This document shows, in pieces, positions 29,696 through 40,925 of a DNA stretch of 64,000 nt; the stretch's first letter is position 1, and each line of letters opens with the position of its first letter. A program made the position numbers and the translations under genes. The DNA comes from a virus. The stretch spans positions 30,242-94,241 of the IMG/VR virus record IMGVR_UViG_3300009159_000048; one strand, given 5' to 3'. The notes below the pieces were generated by a model. The model did no database searches, was not told the DNA's origin, and saw nothing but the letters and a program-made list of their open reading frames with translations.

Positions 29696-30124
29696 ATGGA
29701 TAATTTTTACGAGATATCAGAAGATACAACAGGTAAATTCTTTGAAATTTTTAACAAAAAATCATTTCCACTTTCAATTAAATTTCAATTTATTGGAGAT
29801 GAAAAACAAAAGGAGCTTATTAAAGTTTCACTTATCAACCCAAAAATTTCTTTCCTTTTAGGAAAAGAGATTTTAATCTCAGTAAATGAGGACATCATGA
29901 ACGCATTTGATGATGAATCAGTTACAATCTTAATGGAACAAGAAATTGACAAAATTTACATTAATATTGAAACTGGTAAAATGAAACTTATTAAGACCGA
30001 CTTAAATACATTTTCTTCACTAGTAAACAAATACGGAGTAGAAAAAGTAGCAAGAGCTAATAAAGTTGAAGAACTTTACCAAGATCAAAAAAGAGACGCA
30101 AGAGACGAAGAATTTATAGCTTAA
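29696..30124 (+). CDS. Hypothetical protein
   Basis: 142-aa ORF; AAAC-N18-TATAAT at 29649-29676. Confidence 0.75.
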   Translation: MDNFYEISEDTTGKFFEIFNKKSFPLSIKFQFIGDEKQKELIKVSLINPKISFLLGKEILISVNEDIMNAFDDESVTILMEQEIDKIYINIETGKMKLIKTDLNTFSSLVNKYGVEKVARANKVEELYQDQKRDARDEEFIA

Positions 30125-30141
30125 AAATAATAATAATAAAC

Positions 30142-30372
30142 ATGATAACTAATAATCAAAATCACGGACAAAATTACGTTCAAGCACTTAAGAAAAAATA
30201 TGAGTTTCAGATGGAAGAAGCTAAAGCAAATTTAGCTCTTTATTTTTCTAGCTCAAATTTAGCAGCAATTGGAGAACACTCTGATTTACTAGCTGAACAT
30301 GACAGATGGGTTGAACAATATGCAAACGCAAAAGATAAACTAGAAGCTCTTATGAGCCTATATGAAAATTAA
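30142..30372 (+). CDS. Small coiled-coil hairpin protein (IGEHSDL)
   Basis: 76-aa ORF in a co-oriented run. Confidence 0.7.
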   Translation: MITNNQNHGQNYVQALKKKYEFQMEEAKANLALYFSSSNLAAIGEHSDLLAEHDRWVEQYANAKDKLEALMSLYEN

Positions 30373-30386
30373 AAATAAAAAATAAC

Positions 30387-31040
30387 ATGGGACAATTAGA
30401 AAGTAACGTAGTAAAACCACAAGTTTCATTCGTAGAAAACGAACAAGAAATAAGAACAATTGACTTAAATGTCGAGGAAAACTTAGATAGTAGGATAAGT
30501 GACATCAAACGTCATATTACTGATAAAAACGGAAAAGGGCAATCTGATAAAATTAAAGATGAACTTTATTTAGAAGCACAAAGATTGTGGAAAGAATTCG
30601 CAACAACTTTAAAGGAATCTAAATACAATTTCTATTTAGACAGACCACAACACAAATTCTTAACCGATTTGATTCTTAATAAATTAGAATATGATATTAA
30701 TTCAGTGTTCTTTGCAATTCAATTAAAAGATTTATTTGATGTTATGAAAGATTCTAAATATAAAGATGATAGTCAATTAATTAGTTACAATGTAAATGCA
30801 ACTGAAATCACTTATATTTATCACTTGATTTCTACTCATAAAGTAAAAGGACTAACAAAAGATTCTTATCTTTTTGCTGAAATTCTTATGAAAATAGGAA
30901 ACATCAGTAAAGTTATCAACTACTATGACGCAACTGGTAAAAACTTATCAGTAGAAATCAATGATTGGGTTGTAACATTCGAAGATGGAGTTATTAGAGA
31001 AGTTCGAGAAGAAGAATCAGTTTCTGGTGTATCTTTGTAA
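30387..31040 (+). CDS. Hypothetical helical protein
   Basis: 217-aa ORF followed by a terminator. Confidence 0.75.
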   Translation: MGQLESNVVKPQVSFVENEQEIRTIDLNVEENLDSRISDIKRHITDKNGKGQSDKIKDELYLEAQRLWKEFATTLKESKYNFYLDRPQHKFLTDLILNKLEYDINSVFFAIQLKDLFDVMKDSKYKDDSQLISYNVNATEITYIYHLISTHKVKGLTKDSYLFAEILMKIGNISKVINYYDATGKNLSVEINDWVVTFEDGVIREVREEESVSGVSL

Positions 31041-31058
31041 TAAACGAATAACATAAAT

Positions 31059-31090
31059 AAAAAAGACCAAAATTAATTTTGGTCTTTTTT
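31059..31090. terminator. Bidirectional terminator (perfect palindrome)
   Basis: AAAAAAGACCAAAATT|AATTTTGGTCTTTTTT between convergent genes. Confidence 0.8.
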
Positions 31091-31095
31091 TTGTT

Positions 31096-34000
31096 TTAAT
31101 AAACTGGAGAAATTGGTTCAAAAGGACCAATAGGATCTATATAAGCATATTCTTCAGGTAAATCTTTTAACCCCTTTAAGTAATAACTTTTCTTATCAGT
31201 GTAAATTTGCCCATATCCATTATCAGACGTAACTTCAATTACTACAAATGGATCAATATTACTATCTGCGGTAAAATTAAATGGTTTAAGACTCGTACCT
31301 TCTCTATACTCATGTATAGTTTGTACTGGTTCTAGACTAATTCTCTTCCATTCAGTTACTTTTAACCAATTCTGAGGATCTAAATTAGGAGGAAAATTTG
31401 GAGTTGGTGGTACTGTTAAAGAAACAGAGGCTGTTGAACCAAGACCACTATAAACATAAAAATCATCTTCATATTTAACTACAGAACTGACCGAATAATT
31501 ATCACTAGATGACCACAAAGCAGAATTTTCAAACTTTCTTGGATTCTTAACTCTATTATTATCGATTACAGACTCATACAACAATTCAAAATAAATAACT
31601 TTATCTCCTTTTTCATATGTAGTAAAAGGAGCCCATTCTTTATATGTCTTATAAGTTCTAATTCTAACATTAAAGTAATCAGGAGCACTCAGTGTAGCTT
31701 CTCTATAAGGAGCAACCTCAGGTCTAGGAAACTCAAAGTATGGACTAGTCAAACCTGGAATTATTGAATAAAAGTCAAGTACACAGTTATAAACAGTAGA
31801 ACCACTATTAACCGGTGATAAATAAGCCTCATTCATTTTAAATGTAACCGGAGTCATCTCTTGTTTCATGTTGAATATAGAAACATCAAAAGTTTGGTGT
31901 TGAATAGATGATCCAGAATTTAAGTAAGTCCTACCAGTAACATCCATTATTTTATGAGTCAATGGTATTATATTTCTTTTTAACCAATACTTTAATCCTT
32001 GAAGTTTAATAATAATCTCATCGAGTGTATAGTCAAGTATAAAGTTACCGTCAAAATCTGTTATAAAATAAGTTAAATTAAATAAATTAGTATCCTCATA
32101 ATTTGGATTAGGAAGAGTCATTTTTAGAAAATCTTTCTCATTCCAACCCTTTATAGTATTATCAAAAATATCAGGAATTTCAACTTTAAATAACTGACCA
32201 AATTGTTTAGACTCAGCATTTATATTTCTATAATACTCATTTAATTGTAAATCATTATAACCAAAGTAGTTTATAGCATTTATCAAAGATTTATAAGAAC
32301 CTATATAAGGATAAATCTGTGATTTATTCATCAACATTTCCTTTCTCTTTTTATTCAAGAAAGGCCAATCAATACCACCTTCATTTATATCATATTCTTT
32401 GAATATGAATACCTCATCAGGACTTATTAACTTACCAAGATTAGATAACTCAATTTTAAATCTGATATCTTCTTCTTCAGTTTGACCATATGTTACAAAT
32501 CTTCCAACCTCTTTATCTTTTACCTTAAATGTACATTTCAGATAAGTAGTCTTACCAGTTTGTGGATAATTCTGTAAAACAGTATTTTCTTGCAACATAA
32601 CATCAGTATTAACATTGAAGAAATCAACAATTAAATACTTAGTAAATACATTTCTTATTTTTACAATTATTGAATTATTTCTTGAGATGTATTGATTTTT
32701 ATTATTTGTATTATCCCTTATATAAATAACTAAATTTTGACCAGGTTTTAATCCTCTTCCAGTAAAAGTCTCACTAGATGTTTCATTTATAAAAATCTCA
32801 CCTCTTCTATCTCCGTTCACATCAGTAGTTCTAAATGTAATATTTGTATACTGATTTGATAGTATATTAAATTCAATTGGTTCACTTTTGAATAGTTGCA
32901 ATACTGTTCTTAAAGCTCCTTCATTTTCTGACCTATATCCTATAAAAGTCTCAAGTGCAACTGGAGAAACCGTAGTATCATTACTATCATCAATATAACT
33001 CAATTCATACTCAACCTTATCAAAAATAGTTTGTTGATAAGCAGCATAGTTAACTTTTGTTATATCCTTATTAGCAATTCTATTTAGTACAGGACTATCC
33101 AACGGCTTCACACCGGTATAAGCATAAGAACCAGTAGCTGGTAGTAAATCTCCAGAAAAATCATATAAAAAGAACTCAGTAGCTTGATCAGTAAGCCATC
33201 TCCAGTAGTATTTTACCTTTACATCACCCTCAAAATTTTCTCTAGGTCTTCTAAAGAATTCTCTTGTTTGTAACCAAATACTTTCACGAGGAACATAAGT
33301 TGGGTCAAAAATACCATAAGATCCATCATCGATTGAAGAGAAAGTAGCTGGATTAATTATTATAGAACCATTCAATACAACTTGAACTTCAGCAACTGAA
33401 TTTATAGACGGTTGTATTGACCAAACCGAATCCCTTTCTGGATTGTATATTATTTTAGTTGTAGGAGCACCAGTTGATTGATTCCACTTTACAGTACCAT
33501 CTAAAGCATCAACTGCGATTATTTGACCATTCGATCCTGTATATCCTTGTAACGAAACATATACATCACCATCATGTTGATTTAATACTAAATATCCATG
33601 ACCTGCTGTTCCTTGAATCTGAGTTGACGTATTTGACAATAAATCTAATCTATATAAACCTGAGTTATTAGATACATTCATCTCACCAGTCAAATTATTA
33701 AAAATTATATCATTAAAGTTAGTAGTAGTAATTGATAATGACTGCGTAACTCCATTATCAATTCTAAATAAACTAGCGGTTGAATAAACATAAACAGATT
33801 CATAAACTGGCTCATAAAATATTGAGTGAGTTAAACCACTTATACCATATGTTGTCTGAACTGTTCTATTAGAATTTACTCTAACTAATTCATCAGCATC
33901 AGTGGTAACATACATATCACCCTCAAATGAATTAAAAGTCATTTTACCAGTTCTGTTAGCAGAAACAGGAAATCCAGTCGTTGATGGAGATAAGGTAGCA

Positions 34001-36879
34001 GTTGGAGTTGAAGTTAAGTTATTGAATGCAAAAATATCAACTCTTGGTAAATTCTGATAAGTTACATAAATATCACCATTTATCGGATTCACTTCCATAT
34101 CAAATGACTCAGCAGTTGAGTTAGAAGCAGTTAAAGATATTACTGAAACAAGTGTATTCACAACAGGGTCAACAACATATAATTTATATCTTGATAAACA
34201 ATATAAATAATTATTGACCGTATTAAATTCCATCTCTATACTTTGAGTGTTACCAGGTAAAGATATTGTTGTTAAATAATCGCCATAGAATGAATCTATT
34301 GCAACTAAATCATCACCAAATAGTAATATAGAACTAGATAACTGAACATAGATTAAATCAACTAAGTTAGATGTACCAGGATATGTTGAATAGTTATAGG
34401 AATTAAAATTATAACTATTCGGATTAAATGCTAATGCAAAAGATAGTGGATTAAAATCACCACCAACAATACTATCAAATGGACCACCAACACCACCAGT
34501 AGGACCAGCAGGAACAACACATGCTGTCTGGCCAAATCCTAAACTAAAAGCCAAAGTTATAAATGCTGATGAGTTACATATAGCATTTGTTAATCCCCAG
34601 AATGGACCTTGATAACTCAAATTCATAACTGTTGGATCTAAGTACTCAATGACATACTCTTGGTTATTATAAGGATAAAACGTATTATTTATAGAGAATG
34701 CCATTCCGGTTGAGAATCCTTCCTGCTCAAATGAAACAGTAGCGGAACTTGGAAGTATAACCTCATTAGATGCGATTAATACACCCTCATTACCCTTTAA
34801 CTTATTTGTAATTTTATAATCTTCTATTCCTGGTAAATTTACTTTACCAGTTTTGATTGTATAATCTAGTCTTTGTTCTAAAGTTACAACATTAAAAACG
34901 ATTAAATTATTTATGTGTTCAATTATAATTCCAAAATCTAATAAGTATTCAGCATATTGAACATGCCACGAAGTAAGTGTAGAGTTTATATCCGGGAAAT
35001 TATTAGAATCATAAACAGTCGACTGTGGATAATCATCACCATTAATATTAATTGTTAAATAAGGACCTAAATCATAAAACAAAACTCTAGAATGTTCAAT
35101 GTAGTATGCTGCAGTGTCACCAACTTCAACAAAATCTAGTAACATTGGAACATTTGGATATTCAGTTCTAAAATGAATTGAATTATAAAAAACAGAAGTG
35201 AAACTCCCTGTATATTTCAATTCAGCGATTACTCCTAAAGAAAAAAGTCTAACATAATATAATGTCAACCAACTTCTTAAAGTTCTATCAATTGTTCTTT
35301 CCATATCTATTACAGAACCACTGTAAACAAAGATAGTCTCAACATCATATATTTGACCATTTATTGAAATTTTAAATCCAAAGGAATCTAAATCAGTGAA
35401 AATCACATTGATAGTGAAGTTTTCAGAATAGTTATAATTTAATTCTTTTGTTAAATTTTCTTTAACTCCTATTAATTTTTCATAAACACTCTTATAGTTA
35501 CCTATAGAATAAGTAGGACCAATAGCAGTATGGTAAAAATTAACTTTAGAATAATCACTAGCGTAAACTAAATCAGCTTTTAATTGATTGTTCTGATAAT
35601 AAAGGTCAATATTAAATATTGCTAAATCTTCTTTGTATTTTTCAACCGCCGAAGCTAATGTAACAGAAGCTGAACTAGTCCAACCAAAATCAAAATAATA
35701 TCTATCAGTAGTAAGATATATTTGAGCATTTAATAAATTTTCAACAGAAGTAGACTGGTCTACTTTTATATAAGTTGGATCACCCCAAAAATCTTCGTTA
35801 GTACTTGGATTTATATAAATCCAAGGAGAAACATAACTATGTGTATAAGCAATTTTACACTCTCTAATTTTATTATCATATAATACCTGTGACCCAGTAG
35901 CATAATAAGTAACGCTAGTTGTAGTATCAAAAAGAGGTATAGGAGCAACTGTAAAAAAGTTAACATTATTTATAGATCCAATTACCTTAAACTCAACTCC
36001 TGGTTTTAATATACTAGGATAGTTAGATGGATTTACATTTATTTTATTATCACCAGTGACATATAAATAATCATTATATACTCTAGGCACATCAGTTTTT
36101 GTAATAACCTCTATAATTAAATTTGTATCTATAGGTAAGGAAGACTTATTAACAAAATACTCAAAGTGATTCAAGTCAGTTAATCCTATATCATTAATAG
36201 TAAATGTATCATCATTTTTTACAGAACCAACAACATGTAATTTCTTTCCTTCATAAACTAAATCATAAAAATTTGGTTCAGACCACAATGCTAAATTATT
36301 CTCATAAAAGTTATTTATGTAATTATAAACACCGATTGCATTTATACCAGACATATAAACATCATTAAATGTTGTTTGATTAATATAGATATTATAATAA
36401 GTAGACTCAAATGTTGCATTATCCATTTGAGAAACTACCATTATTGCTCCCTTTTTACTACCAACAACAACATAAGTTCTATCTAAGTTATTGAATTCCA
36501 TTACAACAGAGTCAAACTTAACCAACGTTCCTAATGGAAAGTTAGTTTCAAAATTCTCACCATAAATCCACTTTGTGTAAAAAGTAGAATCATTATTTAC
36601 AGGTTCTATTAAATCAACTTTTAGATTTGAATATTTTGAACTATAGAAATGAGTACCATACTCATTAAAAAGTTGAAATTTTTGAGTTGTCAATTGACCG
36701 ACTAATTCAAAATCAAAAGTCGGAACCCTCTCAAGTGTATAAATACCATACGTCTTGAATGTATCAGTTGAGTTTTCATGGAATAGTATATCACCCTCCC
36801 ATCTTTGAGTTAAATCATTAAAATTAAAATTTAGGTAATCTCCCTCTTTATTAAAGAAATACAGATCCTGTTCTGCCAT
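31096..36879 (-). CDS. Large virion structural protein, probable baseplate wedge with beta-propeller region
   Basis: 1927 aa; YVTN-like blades (FNxxxGDxYVT), IYPYIGSYKSLINAINYFGY wedge-like motif, WxxxxxYxxGDxVxY carbohydrate-binding-like repeats. Confidence 0.6.
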   Translation of the reverse strand: MAEQDLYFFNKEGDYLNFNFNDLTQRWEGDILFHENSTDTFKTYGIYTLERVPTFDFELVGQLTTQKFQLFNEYGTHFYSSKYSNLKVDLIEPVNNDSTFYTKWIYGENFETNFPLGTLVKFDSVVMEFNNLDRTYVVVGSKKGAIMVVSQMDNATFESTYYNIYINQTTFNDVYMSGINAIGVYNYINNFYENNLALWSEPNFYDLVYEGKKLHVVGSVKNDDTFTINDIGLTDLNHFEYFVNKSSLPIDTNLIIEVITKTDVPRVYNDYLYVTGDNKINVNPSNYPSILKPGVEFKVIGSINNVNFFTVAPIPLFDTTTSVTYYATGSQVLYDNKIRECKIAYTHSYVSPWIYINPSTNEDFWGDPTYIKVDQSTSVENLLNAQIYLTTDRYYFDFGWTSSASVTLASAVEKYKEDLAIFNIDLYYQNNQLKADLVYASDYSKVNFYHTAIGPTYSIGNYKSVYEKLIGVKENLTKELNYNYSENFTINVIFTDLDSFGFKISINGQIYDVETIFVYSGSVIDMERTIDRTLRSWLTLYYVRLFSLGVIAELKYTGSFTSVFYNSIHFRTEYPNVPMLLDFVEVGDTAAYYIEHSRVLFYDLGPYLTININGDDYPQSTVYDSNNFPDINSTLTSWHVQYAEYLLDFGIIIEHINNLIVFNVVTLEQRLDYTIKTGKVNLPGIEDYKITNKLKGNEGVLIASNEVILPSSATVSFEQEGFSTGMAFSINNTFYPYNNQEYVIEYLDPTVMNLSYQGPFWGLTNAICNSSAFITLAFSLGFGQTACVVPAGPTGGVGGPFDSIVGGDFNPLSFALAFNPNSYNFNSYNYSTYPGTSNLVDLIYVQLSSSILLFGDDLVAIDSFYGDYLTTISLPGNTQSIEMEFNTVNNYLYCLSRYKLYVVDPVVNTLVSVISLTASNSTAESFDMEVNPINGDIYVTYQNLPRVDIFAFNNLTSTPTATLSPSTTGFPVSANRTGKMTFNSFEGDMYVTTDADELVRVNSNRTVQTTYGISGLTHSIFYEPVYESVYVYSTASLFRIDNGVTQSLSITTTNFNDIIFNNLTGEMNVSNNSGLYRLDLLSNTSTQIQGTAGHGYLVLNQHDGDVYVSLQGYTGSNGQIIAVDALDGTVKWNQSTGAPTTKIIYNPERDSVWSIQPSINSVAEVQVVLNGSIIINPATFSSIDDGSYGIFDPTYVPRESIWLQTREFFRRPRENFEGDVKVKYYWRWLTDQATEFFLYDFSGDLLPATGSYAYTGVKPLDSPVLNRIANKDITKVNYAAYQQTIFDKVEYELSYIDDSNDTTVSPVALETFIGYRSENEGALRTVLQLFKSEPIEFNILSNQYTNITFRTTDVNGDRRGEIFINETSSETFTGRGLKPGQNLVIYIRDNTNNKNQYISRNNSIIVKIRNVFTKYLIVDFFNVNTDVMLQENTVLQNYPQTGKTTYLKCTFKVKDKEVGRFVTYGQTEEEDIRFKIELSNLGKLISPDEVFIFKEYDINEGGIDWPFLNKKRKEMLMNKSQIYPYIGSYKSLINAINYFGYNDLQLNEYYRNINAESKQFGQLFKVEIPDIFDNTIKGWNEKDFLKMTLPNPNYEDTNLFNLTYFITDFDGNFILDYTLDEIIIKLQGLKYWLKRNIIPLTHKIMDVTGRTYLNSGSSIQHQTFDVSIFNMKQEMTPVTFKMNEAYLSPVNSGSTVYNCVLDFYSIIPGLTSPYFEFPRPEVAPYREATLSAPDYFNVRIRTYKTYKEWAPFTTYEKGDKVIYFELLYESVIDNNRVKNPRKFENSALWSSSDNYSVSSVVKYEDDFYVYSGLGSTASVSLTVPPTPNFPPNLDPQNWLKVTEWKRISLEPVQTIHEYREGTSLKPFNFTADSNIDPFVVIEVTSDNGYGQIYTDKKSYYLKGLKDLPEEYAYIDPIGPFEPISPVY

Positions 36880-36947
36880 TTATAAACTTAGGTTTTGATT
36901 ATATATTAATTTTAGATTTCTTGATAGACAAAATTAATATATAACTT

Positions 36948-37307
36948 ATGAAATTAATTAGATACTCTGAGTTTATTAATGAATCGTTCTTTAGAAAATT
37001 AAGAACAAAGAAGAATAAAATAAACTATTCTGATAAAATCGAAAATTGCAAAAACGAAATAATCTCTTTCTTAGAAGAAAATGGAGTTTTTAGCTGGAAC
37101 GATTTCGAGAAAATGAACACATTTAAAAGAGATGTCGTTAATAAGATAATTGATAAATCAGTAGATACTCTCAATGATGTGAAAGAAGTCGTTTTTAGAA
37201 TAAGATTACATCTATCTAATCCTTTACAACTGAGAGAATATGTAAAGGAACTAGAATATCAAGAGGAATATGAAAAATGTGCAAAAATTTTACAAAAAAT
37301 TAGATAA
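36948..37307 (+). CDS. Protein with MKLIRYSEFINES leader and C-terminal UVR-like motif
   Basis: Ends ELEYQEEYEKCAKILQKIR; TAATATATA at 36935-36943. Confidence 0.75.
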   Translation: MKLIRYSEFINESFFRKLRTKKNKINYSDKIENCKNEIISFLEENGVFSWNDFEKMNTFKRDVVNKIIDKSVDTLNDVKEVVFRIRLHLSNPLQLREYVKELEYQEEYEKCAKILQKIR

Positions 37308-37311
37308 AACT

Positions 37312-37770
37312 ATGAAAATAAAAAGATTTGAATCAAAAGAAGAAAAAGTAAAAAACCAAGAGGTTTTATTTACTGCTAAATCCTTAGAAAAAAATAAGGA
37401 AGAAAAACCATCATTCAAAACTGAAGTTGAGGATAATGAAAAAGTTCAGAAAGAATTCAAGAAGTCAATGGATAAAATTGAAAAGTTTGAAAATTTTATA
37501 ATTGAGATAGGAGTTAAACAAACTGATGATTCTGAAGAACAGAAACTTTTAGGTGGTCCTGAATCTTCACACACTGTACATGATAATAACATGAGAAATA
37601 TGGAGAGTGAGAAAGAAGTTGGTTGTGGATGTTGTGACCAATGTAATGGACAAGAAGACTGTGAATGTTGTAACGACTGTACTTGTGGTTCTGATTTAGA
37701 AGAGTCTAATCCAGAAACAGATGTTAAAGTTATGAATATTGCTGACTTTATAGAGTTATTAAATAAATAA
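37312..37770 (+). CDS. Acidic protein with MKIKRFES leader and Cys-rich cluster
   Basis: ATG 37312 follows the upstream stop; contains CGCCDQCNGQEDCECCNDCTC. Confidence 0.7.
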   Translation: MKIKRFESKEEKVKNQEVLFTAKSLEKNKEEKPSFKTEVEDNEKVQKEFKKSMDKIEKFENFIIEIGVKQTDDSEEQKLLGGPESSHTVHDNNMRNMESEKEVGCGCCDQCNGQEDCECCNDCTCGSDLEESNPETDVKVMNIADFIELLNK

Positions 37771-37778
37771 TCAATAAT

Positions 37779-38363
37779 ATGAAAATTATTAAATTCACAG
37801 AATCTATTAATATATCAGAGTCTCTAAAATACCATTTAGATAATAATAAACCTATTACTGAAAATATATTCAGACCAGGTTCAGAAGCTTTCTATGAAGT
37901 AATCAAAGAAGCTAGAGAACTATTTGACTTAGGTAGAGTTAATCTATGTGATGTTGATAAAGAACTTTACGAATCAACTGATATTGGTAAGTTTGGAATG
38001 TTCAACGGTGAACTAGTTCCTTTAGATTTACCAATGGAAAATATAGAAGAGATAAGAGAGGAAGCCGAATATAAAGGTAAAGAAGTTAAATTAAATTATC
38101 CTACAAGAAGCTCAGGTCCTAAGAAATATAAAGTATATGTAAAGAATCCTAAAACTGGTAGGGTTAAAGTTGTAAATTTTGGTGATGTGAAAGGTGGATT
38201 GACAGCTAAAGTTAATAATCCAGGGGCTAGAAAAAGTTTCGTAGCAAGGCATAATTGTAAAAGAAAATGGAAACCTGAAGACAAATTATCTGCTGGATTT
38301 TGGTCATGTAGACTTCCCAAATTTAAGCACTTAGTTTCAACAACTTACAATGGTTATTGGTAA
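37779..38363 (+). CDS. Phage hypothetical protein with MKIIKFTES leader and basic C-terminal domain
   Basis: KKYKVYVKNPKTG...VNFGD...ARKSFVARHNC...GFWSC. Confidence 0.75.
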   Translation: MKIIKFTESINISESLKYHLDNNKPITENIFRPGSEAFYEVIKEARELFDLGRVNLCDVDKELYESTDIGKFGMFNGELVPLDLPMENIEEIREEAEYKGKEVKLNYPTRSSGPKKYKVYVKNPKTGRVKVVNFGDVKGGLTAKVNNPGARKSFVARHNCKRKWKPEDKLSAGFWSCRLPKFKHLVSTTYNGYW

Positions 38364-38409
38364 TCCAATAACACTTTATAGGGACTGCATATTATTTAAT
38401 ATATAGAAT

Positions 38410-39837
38410 ATGAAAAATATTTTATATCAAATTGTAATAGAGGAACATAAGCATCTACTCAAAAAAACGGGTGTTTATAAGATACTAAATAAAGAAAACA
38501 ATAAGGTTTATATTGGTTCCACATCTCAAAGGTTTTCAAATAGACTCTCTAATCATATTAGAGAGTTAATTGAAGACAGACACCATTCAAAGTATTTACA
38601 AAATTCATATAATAAAAGAAAAGATATTAATAAATTTGAAATATCGATTTTAGATGTATGTGAACCAGAAGAATGTTTATTATTTGAGCAAAAGTGGCTA
38701 GACATTTATAAGTCATATATAAAAGAATTTGGATATAATATTTGCCCAATTGCTGGATCATGTTTAGGTATAAAAAAATCTAAAGAGGAAAAAATAAAAA
38801 TATTCGAAAGAAGTAGATGTCTATCAGATAACCAAATAATTGAAATATTCAAACTTAGGAATGACCTAAAACTCTCATATAGATTAATTTCAGAAGGAAT
38901 GAATATCACAAAAAATCAAGTTGCGTCAATTTTAACAAAACCTATTAAATATAAATATGTTAAAGAGAAATATAAATTAGAGTTAAAAGTAAGATTTGAA
39001 AAAGAGTTCACAAAATATGATATAATTAAAATTCACAATCTATATGAAATAGAGAAATTTTCTATTCGAGATATATCAGAGATAATGAAGTTAAGTCTTA
39101 TAAAATTAAAACATCTAATTTACAATGAAAAATTATATTTAATAGAAAAAGAAAATTTGAAATTTAATGTAGATAAAAATAGAAAAAATAAAATCTATAA
39201 GAGAAAAAAAAGACCATTTGGTATTAAAGTGAATAAGACCATTATATCGGAGCTGGAGATTAGTGAAGTTTTTAATCTTAAATATAATTCAAATCTTAAA
39301 AATGATGAAATATTAGAAAAGACAGGCATCACATTAAAGGATATTAAATTGATTCTATCTTATATATATCAAAGAAGAAAATACAATCAACTCTATATTT
39401 CTCTTAAAACACAATTTAATCTAAGAGAAAAAAGAACAGTTCTTAGTGAAGTGGATATAGTTGGGATATTTAATGACTATAATAGTGGAAAATATCTCAT
39501 AGAAGAATTAAATGAAAAATACAATTTTAATGATGTTGGTGTGATTATACAAAAATCGGATAGAATATCTAATTACTATAAGGATATAATTAATAAAAAT
39601 AACCTTAGAGTAGATAAATCATCAACAAAAAACAAAGAAATTAAATCCAAATCCATGTCTGAAATGAATAAAAAAAGAGCTAAGACTTATGAGATAGTAA
39701 ATCCAGAAGGAATTAAAACTAAAATAACAAATTTAGCAGAGTTTAGCAGAGATAATGGCCTGGATGCCGCGAATCTATCAAGAGTTTCAAAAAATGGGAA
39801 ATCATACAAAGGGTGGAAGTGTATTTGCTTAGATTAA
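38410..39837 (+). mobile_element. Free-standing GIY-YIG homing endonuclease
   Basis: GVYKILNKENNKVYIGST, R..H, HHSKYLQNSY, EQKWLD, GYNI; repeated HTH-like units and a C-terminal NLAEFSRDNGL...YKGW module. Confidence 0.88.
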
Positions 39838-39847
39838 TATATAGTAT

Positions 39848-40654
39848 ATGAAACACTTAAAAACATATCAAATATTTGAATCTGAATTTTTTACAATCAG
39901 TGACGAGAGAAGAAAAAAACTAATTGATTATATAAATAGTAGTTTAGATGGCGCGGATATGGATTTTTCTTCTTGGATATATCAAAATATAATTCGGGGA
40001 AAAGAAGAACATACAGAACTTAATGATTTTATTCAAAAATTATCTCCTAATTGGAAAAAAATACTTGATGAATACTTAGCTAAGTATAAAAGTGGAGTAA
40101 TGAAAATTGGACAAGATGACCAAAATGAGTGGTTTGGTGTAAATTATAACTCAAGTCTTAAACAAAAAGAAGTAATAGGTGATCAGGAGATAACAAAAAA
40201 CTTTTATGTAACATTTGAGAAAAGCGAAGACAACCTGAAAAGATGGTTCAATGGACTCGGAACTCTTATAAGTGACTTTTACAAAGCTTGCACAGAAGGT
40301 GAATTAAAAAACTCGGCAATTTCTTTCAAATGTGGATATGATGGTAAACATTTTATAGAAGACAATGACCATCTAAAGTTTTATTGGTATAAAGATGATG
40401 ATAAAAATAAAGTATTAGAAGTATATAATAATTGGTTGAAGAAAACTGGTATACAAACTAAGAAAAGAGCTTATGATTTTGGAATAGACACTGCAAAAGG
40501 TAGAGATAAAAATAGCTTTGGTCTAATGGTTGCAACTAAGGTGAATAACCAGTTTCAAAAACTTAAATCACAGTATGGAAAAAAGTTTACATCTGAACAA
40601 TATGCAGATTATATAATAGATATGTTAAACAAAACAAAGTTTAAAATTGATTAA
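39848..40654 (+). CDS. Protein with MKHLKTYQIFES leader; globular domain of unknown function
   Basis: 268-aa ORF; TAATATATA at 39835-39843. Confidence 0.78.
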   Translation: MKHLKTYQIFESEFFTISDERRKKLIDYINSSLDGADMDFSSWIYQNIIRGKEEHTELNDFIQKLSPNWKKILDEYLAKYKSGVMKIGQDDQNEWFGVNYNSSLKQKEVIGDQEITKNFYVTFEKSEDNLKRWFNGLGTLISDFYKACTEGELKNSAISFKCGYDGKHFIEDNDHLKFYWYKDDDKNKVLEVYNNWLKKTGIQTKKRAYDFGIDTAKGRDKNSFGLMVATKVNNQFQKLKSQYGKKFTSEQYADYIIDMLNKTKFKID

Positions 40655-40925
40655 TATGACACTTCCATTTCAAGAAACTAAATTAGGTGATAATACATTT
40701 ATCAGAGAGTTCGTTCAAGATACTGATTCTGGAGAGTTTACTTGGCATCGTGACCGTGAATCTCGTACAATTGAATCTATCGGTGAAACAGACTGGTTAA
40801 TTCAAATTGATAATGAACTTCCGAAAAAGATTGAAGGAGAAGTATTTATACCAATGGGTGTTTATCATAGACTAATAAAAGGAACTAGAAATCTTAAAAT
40901 TAAACTTCAGAAGATCCAAAATTGA
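40647..40925 (+). CDS. Small cupin-like protein
   Basis: WHRDRE ... FIPMGVYHRLIKG; likely start ATG 40656. Confidence 0.7.
   Translation: MINMTLPFQETKLGDNTFIREFVQDTDSGEFTWHRDRESRTIESIGETDWLIQIDNELPKKIEGEVFIPMGVYHRLIKGTRNLKIKLQKIQN

Noticed and set aside
29696-30124. Phage metallopeptidase-like domain
   Set aside because: The expected HExxH position reads QEIDK and the similarity is too weak to call by eye.
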